A stretch of 64,000 nucleotides of DNA from an uncultured Fidelibacterota bacterium. GTDB taxonomy: Bacteria; Fidelibacterota; UBA8477; JABMPR01. Numbering within the stretch: position 1 is the stretch's first letter; each line of letters opens with the position of its first letter. Shown piece after piece: positions 26,644-36,076 of the stretch. The notes under the pieces are model-generated. The model ran no database searches. It had not been told where the DNA came from and saw nothing but the letters and a program-made list of their open reading frames with translations. Location: positions 12,498 to 76,497 of the forward strand of contig CALBFA010000043.1 in the NCBI GenBank assembly GCA_937888365.1. The letters run 5' to 3'. Position numbers and translations under genes: made by a program.

Positions 26644-27851
26644 TAATTCAATGGCTGAATAAAAATCCGCTCTACGCGTGTGGCCGTTACCGCTGAAACA
26701 TCAAACCGAAATCCATGGGTTTTAACATGTTCATCCTTTATGGGTATGTGTCCCAAGGATGCAATGATAAATCCTGCTAATGTCTCATAATCGCCAGGAG
26801 GAATATCAAGTCCTAATTCATGATTCAATTCATCTACTTCTGCAAGGCCTTGAACCAACCAGCCGCTTTCAATTTCTTGGACAAGAGTACTATCCATATC
26901 AAAAGCATCGGAAAATTCCCCAAAGACTTCTTCCGATAAATCTTCCATCGTAACAATACCATCCGTCCCGCCATATTCATCAACTATTATAGCGAGAGAA
27001 ATATGTTGTTCTTTAAACTCTGAAAGCAATTTAACCGCCGATTTTGTTTCAGGTACGAAATAGGTGGGTCTAAGGATTTCTTGAATGTTTTTGGGTTGTT
27101 TAAAAAGGTCATGCAGAAAAATGACGCCTTTTATATCATCAATCGTTTGGTCATAAACGGGCATTTTAGAAAAACCAAATTCGAGAAATTTACTTTCGGC
27201 TTCCTCAATACTTGCATCTATGGCGATGGCTTTTATGTCGGGACGAGGTGTTAAAATTTCATTGACAACCGTATGACGAAATTGAAAAATCTTTGCGATT
27301 GTCTCCCGTTCGTGTTTCCCAATATCACTTTCTTCATTGGATTGATTGAGTAAAAAATGGAGTTCGTTTCGATCCAGTGTATGATCACTTGAGGTGCTGG
27401 AGACATTGCTTTTTAATATAATTCGTCGGTAAAACTCTAAAAATTTTATAGCCGGATAAAAAAGTAATTCGAAAACGACCATGCTTCGGCCAAAAAAGAG
27501 CATTGCAAAATTAGGAGCTTCTCTAAAAATAGTTTTGGGTAAAATCTCAGCCAAAATCAATATGGAAAACGATACAATAATAAAGACAATCCATTCAGAC
27601 TCTATAATCCGAAGCAAAGCAATTGTGGCAAAAGAGGTCGTTAGAATATTGGCAATATTGATACCGATAAGATTCGTGGAAATATACTTTTCAGAATCAT
27701 TCAATGCTTCAAGTGCTGCCGCCGAGCCTTTTATTTTCTTTTTTTGCCAGACTTCAAGTTGAATTCGACTTGAAGAGAGCAGTGCCATTTCTGCACCGCT
27801 AAAGAAAAAGCTGAGCAATAATCCAAAAACTGCGATAATTATTTCAAGCAT
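26643..27851 (-). CDS. CNNM/DUF21-CBS-CorC_HlyC family protein (hemolysin-type)
   Basis: DUF21 TM region, CBS pair and C-terminal CorC_HlyC domain (GHIPIKDEHV...FRFDV). Stop overlaps the lptF/G-like start by 1 nt. Confidence 0.85.
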   Translation of the reverse strand: MLEIIIAVFGLLLSFFFSGAEMALLSSSRIQLEVWQKKKIKGSAAALEALNDSEKYISTNLIGINIANILTTSFATIALLRIIESEWIVFIIVSFSILILAEILPKTIFREAPNFAMLFFGRSMVVFELLFYPAIKFLEFYRRIILKSNVSSTSSDHTLDRNELHFLLNQSNEESDIGKHERETIAKIFQFRHTVVNEILTPRPDIKAIAIDASIEEAESKFLEFGFSKMPVYDQTIDDIKGVIFLHDLFKQPKNIQEILRPTYFVPETKSAVKLLSEFKEQHISLAIIVDEYGGTDGIVTMEDLSEEVFGEFSDAFDMDSTLVQEIESGWLVQGLAEVDELNHELGLDIPPGDYETLAGFIIASLGHIPIKDEHVKTHGFRFDVSAVTATRVERIFIQPLN

Positions 27852-28030
27852 AAGTTGTTTCGTGTGGAGCGTTAGTTTTCGGGTTCATTTTCTAGGCGAA
27901 AATAAGGTTTAAACGTGGTGCTGCAAGGGGAAAGTCAAAAAACTAGCTTCAGATATTTTTTAAATAACCCGAAACTCACGACTACCATTTACACATTTCT
28001 CAACTAAGTTGACACAGGAAAGGGGCACCA

Positions 28031-29821
28031 ATGTGGTGGGATGACGATTTTGTAATCGACGAAGAAAAAGCCAGAACCTATACATTTCGTGAGATGCTGG
28101 TTCGCGTTATGCCCTACGTTCGTCCCTATTCGAAAACCTTTTTATGGGCCTTGCTTTGGGCACTTATAGGCGTCCTGCTAGTCCTTTTCCAACCCCTCAT
28201 TCTTAAGCAAATCATTGATAAAGATATCCCAAGCGGTGACTTTTCGAAAGTTGCCATTTCTGCCAGTCTTTATTTAGCCGTTATGATTTTTTCCGGCATC
28301 GTCGGATTTTACTCAAATTGGATGGCTCAAAGAGCTGGGATCTATGCAGTCAACGACTTGAAAGTCGCCCTTTTTAATCATACACTAAAATTAGGAATTC
28401 CCTTTTTAGAATCTATCCCAATCGGAAAATTGGTGAGCCGAATAGAGTCGGACCCGCAACGCATTATTGCCGTTACTTCAACAATGGCGCAACGTCTCCT
28501 TATGTCATTCGGTATGATAATCGGTGCTCTCGTCATTTTGGCATCTGTGGATATTCGCTTTTTATTGATTACAATTGTGATTTTCCCAGTCGTCATCGGA
28601 GGCGCTTGGTTCTCATTTAAAATGCTGCGACCTTACTACCGAAAAGACAGGGAAAATTATTCCAAAATGTTGGGCGTCGTCAGCGAGTTTGTGCGCTCTG
28701 CAGGTATTTTACAAATGTTTAATCGCGTCAAATGGGCCATGCAACGCGTTGACGATTCGACGGAGAAATTCAATCGTTTTAGTATTAAGATGAGCTATAT
28801 CAATTACGGTATCTTCAATGGTTTAGGCTTCATGGAAATTTTGGCGACGGTCATTGCCTTAAGTTTTGGCGTTCGCTGGATAGAAGAAGGCAGCATTACC
28901 GTAGGAAGCCTCGTTTTATTTGCCCAATATATCGCACAAATATATTGGCCAATTTTTATGTTTACGGAACAATTGAGCCAATTACAATCGGCTGGTGGTT
29001 CGGCGGATCGAATATTCTCTACGATGGAAACCGAACCGGAAATTCAGTCTCCGCCACATCCAGTCGACATTCCTAAAACCATCGAAAGTATCTCTTTTGA
29101 GAATGTTTGTTTTGAATATGAAGCCAATAAGCCTATTCTAAAAAATATTTCATTTCATGTGGATGGAGGTCAACAAGTCGCGTTTGTTGGGCCAACTGGT
29201 GGTGGAAAGTCTACGATTATTACCCTTTTATGTCGTTTTCGCGATCCACAAGAAGGTCGAATTTGCATCAATGGAATCGATATCAAAGAATTTGATTTAA
29301 ATGAATATCGAAAATGGTTTGGGCTTGTATTGCAGGACTTGTTTTTATTTCCTGCACCTATCTATGAAAATCTGAGAGCCTTTCGAGAAGAAATAAACGA
29401 AGAAAAATGGACGGAATCCGCTAGGCAAACAGGCATCCATGAAACCATTTTATCCAAAGATGCAGCCTATGAAACGATTTTAGATGAAGGTGGCGAGGGT
29501 TTTTCTTACGGACAGAGACAGCTTTTAGCATTTGCCCGCGCCTTGAGTGTGAGTCCAAAAATATTGGTGCTTGATGAAGCAACCTCGTCTGTTGATCCCG
29601 GCACGGAGCAACGCATCCAAAAAACATTAACAACCCTTATAACGGGGCGTACGAGTTTCATAGTAGCACATCGACTCAGTACAATTCAAAAAGTTAATCA
29701 AATATTTTTTATTCAATCAGGTGCAATTATGGAAAATGGAGACCATCAATCACTTATGTCTAAAAAAGGCTCCTACTACCATCTTGTCACACACGGCGAG
29801 CAGCGCGGAGAGACTATTTAA
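28031..29821 (+). CDS. ABC exporter half-transporter (TMD-NBD) with degenerate signature motif
   Basis: Walker A GPTGGGKST, Walker B ILVLDEATS, H-loop AHRLST. The signature is FSYGQ instead of LSGGQ. Confidence 0.85.
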   Translation: MWWDDDFVIDEEKARTYTFREMLVRVMPYVRPYSKTFLWALLWALIGVLLVLFQPLILKQIIDKDIPSGDFSKVAISASLYLAVMIFSGIVGFYSNWMAQRAGIYAVNDLKVALFNHTLKLGIPFLESIPIGKLVSRIESDPQRIIAVTSTMAQRLLMSFGMIIGALVILASVDIRFLLITIVIFPVVIGGAWFSFKMLRPYYRKDRENYSKMLGVVSEFVRSAGILQMFNRVKWAMQRVDDSTEKFNRFSIKMSYINYGIFNGLGFMEILATVIALSFGVRWIEEGSITVGSLVLFAQYIAQIYWPIFMFTEQLSQLQSAGGSADRIFSTMETEPEIQSPPHPVDIPKTIESISFENVCFEYEANKPILKNISFHVDGGQQVAFVGPTGGGKSTIITLLCRFRDPQEGRICINGIDIKEFDLNEYRKWFGLVLQDLFLFPAPIYENLRAFREEINEEKWTESARQTGIHETILSKDAAYETILDEGGEGFSYGQRQLLAFARALSVSPKILVLDEATSSVDPGTEQRIQKTLTTLITGRTSFIVAHRLSTIQKVNQIFFIQSGAIMENGDHQSLMSKKGSYYHLVTHGEQRGETI

Positions 29822-31536
29822 TGGCGGTATTTTCGGCTGGTAAACATGTACTCGCATGGTTCAAACCCTATTGGCTAAGGCGCTGGAGAGGCATATCCCT
29901 CGTCATCCTCTTGACCATTTTAAGCATCGCTATGAGTACGGCCTACCCGCTATTATTTAAGTACGTTATTGATTCTATCATCGCTGGCGAGGCAACAAGT
30001 ACGAGCCAAAAATTTATCTGGATGATTTTAGGCGTTGGAATTGCCCGCACATTTACACGCTGGCTTTTACCCTCGACACGCTATGTTATGAATCTTACCT
30101 TAGGGAAAGATATAAAATTATTTCACTTTGATTCGGTTCTAAAAAAGAAACCAACATTTTTTAATAAATTTCGGTCTGGCGATTTAATAACACGTTTTTC
30201 CGATGATATTGATGGCGATTTAAAACTCTCTTGGTTTGCAAATTCTGGTATTATGCGTCCCATCGAAGCAGGCTTTACGCTTCTCTTCTCCATCGCTGTT
30301 ATGATGACGCTACATTGGAAGCTAACGCTTATAGCCGTCTCGCCATTACCTCTCATTATTTGGATAATGAGCAAAACAGAATCAATCCAACATAAAGCCT
30401 ATTTGCAGAGGCAAGAAAGCACCAGTCAAACCAACAATATTTTAGAATCAGCGTTTTCAAGTTTAAGAATCGTTATTGGCTACGCGATGGAATCCGCACA
30501 GGGGAATTTGTTTAAATCGAATATTGAAGATCGGAAATCGGCAGAAGAGCGTGTTGTTTTTGTCCGGTCACTTTTAGAGAGCGTCGGAAGTTTGGTCAAT
30601 CAAATTGGCCTCGTTATTATCCTTTTTCTCGGTGGTTTCTATGTCGTAAATAATATTATCAGTATGGGCGACTTTTATGCATTTATTGCATATATGTCAG
30701 GAATTACCGAGCCGATTTGGACCATTTCATGGTTTTTCGTTTCCATCAATGTTGCAAAAGTTTCAGTGAATCGCTTGGAAGAAATTGAACAGGGTGAAAA
30801 CAGAGACGTCAAAACGTCAACTATCGATAGCGAAGTTGAGAGCCTGGAAACAAAAAATCTTACATATAAATTTCCAGATGAAGACGATGATGTCATTCGT
30901 GACATATCTTTTTCAGTCCGCCGAGGCGAAAAAATTGGAATAGTCGGGGAAGTTGGCTCAGGCAAAACCATTTTACTGCAACTTATTTCAGGATGGCTGA
31001 CACCTGATTCTGGCTCGGTTAATATAAATAATCACTCGCTACACACGCTCAATGATGAAAGTAAAGCGAGCATTATTGGCTATGTCCCCCAAGAGATTCA
31101 ATTGTTTTCGGGCTCTTTGATTGAGAATATTCACATGGGACGTCTTACTGATTTTGAGATCGATGACATTAAAAAAGCCTCCGTTATTGGCGATGAATTA
31201 TCCAATGATAAAATCGTTGAACAAGGGGGCATTGGTTTAAGCGGCGGTCAACGCGCACGCGCAGCCATCGCACGCGCTATTTATGCAAAGCCACCGATTC
31301 TTATTCTTGATGATGTCACCTCAGCGCTGGATTTGAATACGGAAAAACAATTTTGGAAAGCGCTGAAACGTTTTAATCCAGAGGCCATGTACCTTGTCGC
31401 AACGCATCGCGAAGCAACGGCTGAGGTCATGGATCGTGTTATTTGGATTGAAAAAGGTGAAATTTATAAAGTTGGAACCCATCATGATTTAATAAAAGAA
31501 TACGAATTCTATCGAGACTTGTTCGCGAAGGAATAA
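29821..31536 (+). CDS. ABC exporter half-transporter (TMD-NBD) lacking the catalytic Glu
   Basis: Walker A GEVGSGKT and signature LSGGQRA. Walker B is ILILDDVTS, with Asp in place of the catalytic Glu. ATG overlaps the upstream TAA. Confidence 0.85.
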   Translation: MAVFSAGKHVLAWFKPYWLRRWRGISLVILLTILSIAMSTAYPLLFKYVIDSIIAGEATSTSQKFIWMILGVGIARTFTRWLLPSTRYVMNLTLGKDIKLFHFDSVLKKKPTFFNKFRSGDLITRFSDDIDGDLKLSWFANSGIMRPIEAGFTLLFSIAVMMTLHWKLTLIAVSPLPLIIWIMSKTESIQHKAYLQRQESTSQTNNILESAFSSLRIVIGYAMESAQGNLFKSNIEDRKSAEERVVFVRSLLESVGSLVNQIGLVIILFLGGFYVVNNIISMGDFYAFIAYMSGITEPIWTISWFFVSINVAKVSVNRLEEIEQGENRDVKTSTIDSEVESLETKNLTYKFPDEDDDVIRDISFSVRRGEKIGIVGEVGSGKTILLQLISGWLTPDSGSVNINNHSLHTLNDESKASIIGYVPQEIQLFSGSLIENIHMGRLTDFEIDDIKKASVIGDELSNDKIVEQGGIGLSGGQRARAAIARAIYAKPPILILDDVTSALDLNTEKQFWKALKRFNPEAMYLVATHREATAEVMDRVIWIEKGEIYKVGTHHDLIKEYEFYRDLFAKE

Positions 31537-31581
31537 CGTGATAGATATGAATTATTTACTTCAACATATAAGGAAAATAAC

Positions 31582-32484
31582 ATGACAGATATAAAGTGGA
31601 CAACAAACGACATCCCAGATCAAAAAGGACGAGTCGCAATTATAACAGGCTCCAATAGCGGCATTGGTTTTGAGACGGCTCTCGCGTTGGCCGAAAAAAA
31701 TGCCGAAGTCATTTTAGCGGTTCGAAATCAGGCAAAAGGTGACGCGGCAATGGACAAGATTCGCACATTATTTCCGAATGCCCACGTGGTGGTCAAACGC
31801 TTGGATGTTGCCAATTTGGCATCGGTGAAAGACTTTGCTGACAGTTTCAAATCAGAATTTAGTCGTCTTGATCTACTCATTAATAATGCGGGAATTATGG
31901 TCCCTCCTTATGGCAAAACCGTCGATGGCTTTGAATTGCAATTTGGCACAAATCACTTGGGGCATTTCGCCCTTACATCCCACCTTTTTGATGTCTTAAA
32001 ATCGACGCTCAAAAGTCGAATTGTCAATGTGAGCAGCAACGCGCATAAAATGGGAAATCTTAACGTTGAGGACTTAAGTTGGGAAAAAAGACGCTATTTT
32101 AACTGGAAAGCTTACGGCGACAGTAAAATTGCGAATCTCTATTTTACATTCGAGTTGATGCGTAAAATTCAAGATAAAAATCTCGATATGATAGCGACGT
32201 CAGCCCATCCAGGCTTAACGGATACGGAATTAGCCAAATCGGCAGTGAGCCGTTTATTTAATAAATTAATGGCTCAAAAAGGTGCCATGGGCGCATTACC
32301 AACATTAAGGGCTGCGACAGGTTCAGCCACTAAAAATGGTCAATATTTTGGACCGTCTGGCTTAGGCGAATGGAAGGGTTATCCCGTCCTCGTTTCGCCT
32401 AGCAATCGTGCTCAGGATACAGAAATAGCGAGAAAATTATGGGCAATTTCGGAATCCATGACAGGATTGAAATTCGAGATTTAA
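31582..32484 (+). CDS. Short-chain dehydrogenase/reductase (SDR)
   Basis: TGSNSGIGFETA cofactor motif, NNAG, and catalytic YGDSK. Confidence 0.85.
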   Translation: MTDIKWTTNDIPDQKGRVAIITGSNSGIGFETALALAEKNAEVILAVRNQAKGDAAMDKIRTLFPNAHVVVKRLDVANLASVKDFADSFKSEFSRLDLLINNAGIMVPPYGKTVDGFELQFGTNHLGHFALTSHLFDVLKSTLKSRIVNVSSNAHKMGNLNVEDLSWEKRRYFNWKAYGDSKIANLYFTFELMRKIQDKNLDMIATSAHPGLTDTELAKSAVSRLFNKLMAQKGAMGALPTLRAATGSATKNGQYFGPSGLGEWKGYPVLVSPSNRAQDTEIARKLWAISESMTGLKFEI

Positions 32485-32523
32485 ACCACTTATATAATTT
32501 TGGCTGACATATTTAGGAAATTG

Positions 32524-34275
32524 TCAAATGTCCAGAACAAGGGAGAACACAGCGTCTCGTGACGTCTGTATCGTTGGCACGTAAGTCTTGTAAAATCCAA
32601 CTCTACTACTGAGTGATAAGCCGGAAACCAGTTGATATTGAATTAAAATTTGCCCCCTCCAACCATCGCCTGAAAACATTAATAAACGTACGGGCAATCC
32701 AACTTCTGGAGCTGTCCCGTAAAGCTTAACGTCTTTATCGGCGACAAAACGCCAAATATCGAGGGATATTTTATGACTCTTTTGTTGATGTTCAAATCGT
32801 GTATTCAACGCCCAGGAAAAGATGTTTTCTTGGTTCGCAAGTTTAAAGTGCCACTTCAATCGTCTTTTTATTTTATTGAATATTAGCCATTGAAAATCGA
32901 AGTCATGTCGCATTGCAGAATATATTGACAAGGTCTGTTCTGAATTATTGAATCTCAATATTTCAATAGATTTTTGGCGATAACGGATGTCAAAACTACG
33001 AGAATCCCATTTTTTATAAAGAGACAGAGTGAAACCTTCTCTTACAAATGTATCGTTAAATTCAGGAACTTTTGAATCTAATCTTACGGTGTAGGATGTG
33101 AGAAATGACGCATTAAACGGGGTTTTCATTTTTAACGCAATACCGACATCTGATCCATCATATCCTTCTTTTCCTGCGTACCTCAGGACCGTTCCGTTTC
33201 CCGTATTCATTTGGATGGCAATATCGACTGCTTCGGCCTTGAGTCGCAATGATATGTTTCCAGCCAAACGTCCTATTTGCGTCGCCATTAATGAGGATTG
33301 AAATGTGGCAAATTTACTTTTGACGAGACTCTTCATCTCAAAACCGCTTTCAAAATGATGATTCACGACGCTTGTTTTCCCCATCATTGAAAACCGAAAT
33401 AACGCCCCCTCGATGTTAATCGCCGCGAAAGAAAAAGGCGTATCTCGTTTTTGAAGCAGCGTTTTTGGCGAGTGGATACCATCCAAATCGGGGAAAAATT
33501 GTCCCTCCTTCATGCGGCCTTTTTCAGGTACGTAACCCACTGCAAAGATAACGCTTCTTCCGCGGCGGTTTTTACGCATTCCGACACCATTGAGATAAGC
33601 TGTTTCACTGGTGCTCAGGAAGGGCTGTACTTTATAAGGCGACATGCGCACCATTGAAGAGGGTGAGTTCGCAGGGAACCCAAACGCTGAAGCCATCAAA
33701 AAAGAGTTGGATTGATTAAGCTTAATACCACCCAAAACGATATCGATATTTTCATAAACATGAGACTTTGAAAATGTGAACACAGAGTGGTCAAATGGCG
33801 TTGTTTCATAGAGATCCATATCCGAAACGGCTCCAATTTGCCACAGCTCATTTCCCATTGTAACTTTGGATTGAATCGCAAAATCATCAGTACCTTTGAA
33901 ACGATTACTCCATCGGAGACGCGAGGGGATATTTCTGAAAACAATGGTATTCTGAAGGAGAAATTCGTCGATAGGATTGTCGATTTTATCATCAATAAAA
34001 TGTTGCCACTGCCTTTCATTCCTAAACGTTGCAATACTATCAAGGTGATTCAATGTCTCATCGCTTAAATCCAAATGTTCGAGTTGGAAGGGCGTATCCG
34101 TGTAGAGGACATAGGGATTTTCAATCTCATTCCGATATATTTCGTAAAGATTGGAGAGCATTTCAGGAGAAAGGGATTGGGCAAAAAGATGTCCGCAAAG
34201 CTCGAAGAAGAAAAAAACATATAAAATGAGTCGCGTGCTCGTGAGTTCAATTTTTAATGGTAAATCTTTTTGCAT
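32524..34275 (-). CDS. Hypothetical exported protein, putative outer-membrane beta-barrel
   Basis: Hydrophobic N-terminal segment ILYVFFFFELCGHLFAQ. The C-terminal two-thirds shows alternating hydrophobic/polar beta-strand patterning. No motif recognised. Confidence 0.5.
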   Translation of the reverse strand: MQKDLPLKIELTSTRLILYVFFFFELCGHLFAQSLSPEMLSNLYEIYRNEIENPYVLYTDTPFQLEHLDLSDETLNHLDSIATFRNERQWQHFIDDKIDNPIDEFLLQNTIVFRNIPSRLRWSNRFKGTDDFAIQSKVTMGNELWQIGAVSDMDLYETTPFDHSVFTFSKSHVYENIDIVLGGIKLNQSNSFLMASAFGFPANSPSSMVRMSPYKVQPFLSTSETAYLNGVGMRKNRRGRSVIFAVGYVPEKGRMKEGQFFPDLDGIHSPKTLLQKRDTPFSFAAINIEGALFRFSMMGKTSVVNHHFESGFEMKSLVKSKFATFQSSLMATQIGRLAGNISLRLKAEAVDIAIQMNTGNGTVLRYAGKEGYDGSDVGIALKMKTPFNASFLTSYTVRLDSKVPEFNDTFVREGFTLSLYKKWDSRSFDIRYRQKSIEILRFNNSEQTLSIYSAMRHDFDFQWLIFNKIKRRLKWHFKLANQENIFSWALNTRFEHQQKSHKISLDIWRFVADKDVKLYGTAPEVGLPVRLLMFSGDGWRGQILIQYQLVSGLSLSSRVGFYKTYVPTIQTSRDAVFSLVLDI

Positions 34276-34305
34276 TTGCTTAATCGAATAGCATCACGGA
34301 AATCA

Positions 34306-35094
34306 TTATTCCATGCTCAATTTTACACTCACACCGATGGACCCTGGAAGTTGTGGATGCCATTGATATCCCCATAAAAATTCTTGGTTTTTAATCGCCA
34401 CTAAAAATCCAAGATGATACGTTGATGGAAACGTTTGTTTCCCAAGGTAAATAGATATGAATTGATTGGGCATGAGTTTGATAGAGACTTGGCCGTTTAG
34501 GGGAAATCCTGCCGTTTTAGTTGCTCCAAAATTTATCTCTAAATTTCGATTCGACCAGCTTAAGGACGTCTCAAGCGATTCATCCAAACGACCCATTTGT
34601 TGTTGAGATTGAAAGATATGTCGAAATACACTCCCTAATTTCCAATGGTCAGAGACGTTGACAAAAAGTCCTAAATTAGCAGCAAAATCCCACTGCGGTG
34701 TAAAACCAATGACCTTTGCTTTAGCCATCACCAAACCTACGCCACCATAAACATTCGACATTATGTTTTTGGGGACATTGAGTACAAAATATTGAGCATT
34801 AAAAAGTGAATCCTGTAAAAAATAAATATCACACACCATATTATAGTTGAGGGCTTGAAATGTAGAATGAAGGTTCGCTGTCTGGACAAATCCCAGGCCA
34901 AATAAATTTTGATATCCCGCTGCAAGTGCGAGAGTAGAATCTCTTGATAATGCCGGATTCCCGCTCCCATCACCATTCGCATTCCATAAAGTTCCTGATG
35001 CAATAAGTGTCGTGGACGTTAATCCATACGGCAATTGAGCATTTACATTCAGGCAAAAAATGGATAAAATCCAAAGACGCTTTAAATAATCCAT
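34306..35094 (-). CDS. Hypothetical exported protein, small beta-barrel candidate
   Basis: Signal peptide LWILSIFCLNVNAQ, a GNPA motif near the N-terminus, and beta-strand patterning. Lies 31 nt upstream of 32524-34275 on the same strand. Confidence 0.5.
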   Translation of the reverse strand: MDYLKRLWILSIFCLNVNAQLPYGLTSTTLIASGTLWNANGDGSGNPALSRDSTLALAAGYQNLFGLGFVQTANLHSTFQALNYNMVCDIYFLQDSLFNAQYFVLNVPKNIMSNVYGGVGLVMAKAKVIGFTPQWDFAANLGLFVNVSDHWKLGSVFRHIFQSQQQMGRLDESLETSLSWSNRNLEINFGATKTAGFPLNGQVSIKLMPNQFISIYLGKQTFPSTYHLGFLVAIKNQEFLWGYQWHPQLPGSIGVSVKLSME

Positions 35095-35195
35095 AAATGT
35101 GTGTCTCCTTTACGAGCAAGGCAAAATTAAGAGACAGAACTGCAATTACAAGAATATTAATTTTTTAATGGAAAGTTTGCCGAGGACTAAAATAC

Positions 35196-35222
35196 AAAAA
35201 GCCACTATTACCGTGGCTTTTT
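35196..35222. terminator. Bidirectional intrinsic terminator after the Spy-like gene
   Basis: aaaaaGCCACtattaccGTGGCttttt. Lies between the stop at 35247 (minus strand) and the start of the next minus-strand gene at 35094. Confidence 0.65.
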
Positions 35223-35246
35223 GCGAGGAGAGAGAGTTAAATCTTT

Positions 35247-35795
35247 TTACCAACGACCCCCTTGGCCGCCCATTGATCCATTCATAGGACCTCCCATTCC
35301 GTGATTCGGTCTATTTGCACGTCCTCTACCGGAACCGTTACGCATGCCGAAGTTAGGCACATGCTCGTCAAATAATACTTTTTGCGCTTCGGTTAAAAGT
35401 GCCCTCATGGCTTCGTGTTGTTGTAGATGCATTTGTGCAAGGGCAGCACCTTGTTCAATGATGAGATTTTCCTTTGCTATGATGTCTTCCCTGGCACCAC
35501 CATTATTAATAAGAATGGTAATTTCAGCGCGGAGAATTCGGATCTCTTTCATGGCATCCATATTTTGGCGCATGTGAAGAGCCCGTAATGCTTCCATTTG
35601 TTGCTGCTGCTCTATCGTTAGATCCAACATATCGCCCCAATCATTAAATCGTTGATTGGACATCATGCTGGGGTCCGATTGTGCAAAAATCATTGTCGAA
35701 AAAAATATCATGATGGCTGTAATTTTGAATGCTTTCATTTGAAGCTCCTTAGGTTTTTTATAAGTTTTGTGTTGTGTGTCTGTTTTCATGTTCAT
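35247..35795 (-). CDS. Spy/CpxP/ZraP-family periplasmic protein (LTxxQ) with Gly/Met-rich tail
   Basis: Two LTxxQ motifs (LTIEQ, LTEAQ), a signal-like segment AFKITAIMIFFSTMIFAQ, and the C-terminal tail GMGGPMNGSMGGQGG. Confidence 0.65.
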   Translation of the reverse strand: MNMKTDTQHKTYKKPKELQMKAFKITAIMIFFSTMIFAQSDPSMMSNQRFNDWGDMLDLTIEQQQQMEALRALHMRQNMDAMKEIRILRAEITILINNGGAREDIIAKENLIIEQGAALAQMHLQQHEAMRALLTEAQKVLFDEHVPNFGMRNGSGRGRANRPNHGMGGPMNGSMGGQGGRW

Positions 35796-36076
35796 TGTCC
35801 TTTATAATGATATCATCCAATGCGTGTGCCAAAATCATTAAATCATAAAAAAAGTAGCATAACATACTAATAATAAAAGGTATATGGTCTGATGTCTCTT
35901 GTAAATACACAAAAGATACACTATAATTTTCGACAGATTTGTCGAATTAATCCGACAATCATGAAGCATTTCAACCAATCTACAACTCAATAAAAGCTGA
36001 TTATTTAATTTTTATTATGAGCTAAGAGGCCTAACTTTCGCTAGTATAAATCCAACATAAATTTAATATCAGCGAT

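Noticed and set aside
27852-28030. Inverted repeat tttcgggtt / aacccgaaa about 90 nt apart, upstream of the ABC exporter genes
   Set aside because: Only 9 bp long and widely spaced. It could be chance in AT-rich DNA, and no further structure or conservation is visible.
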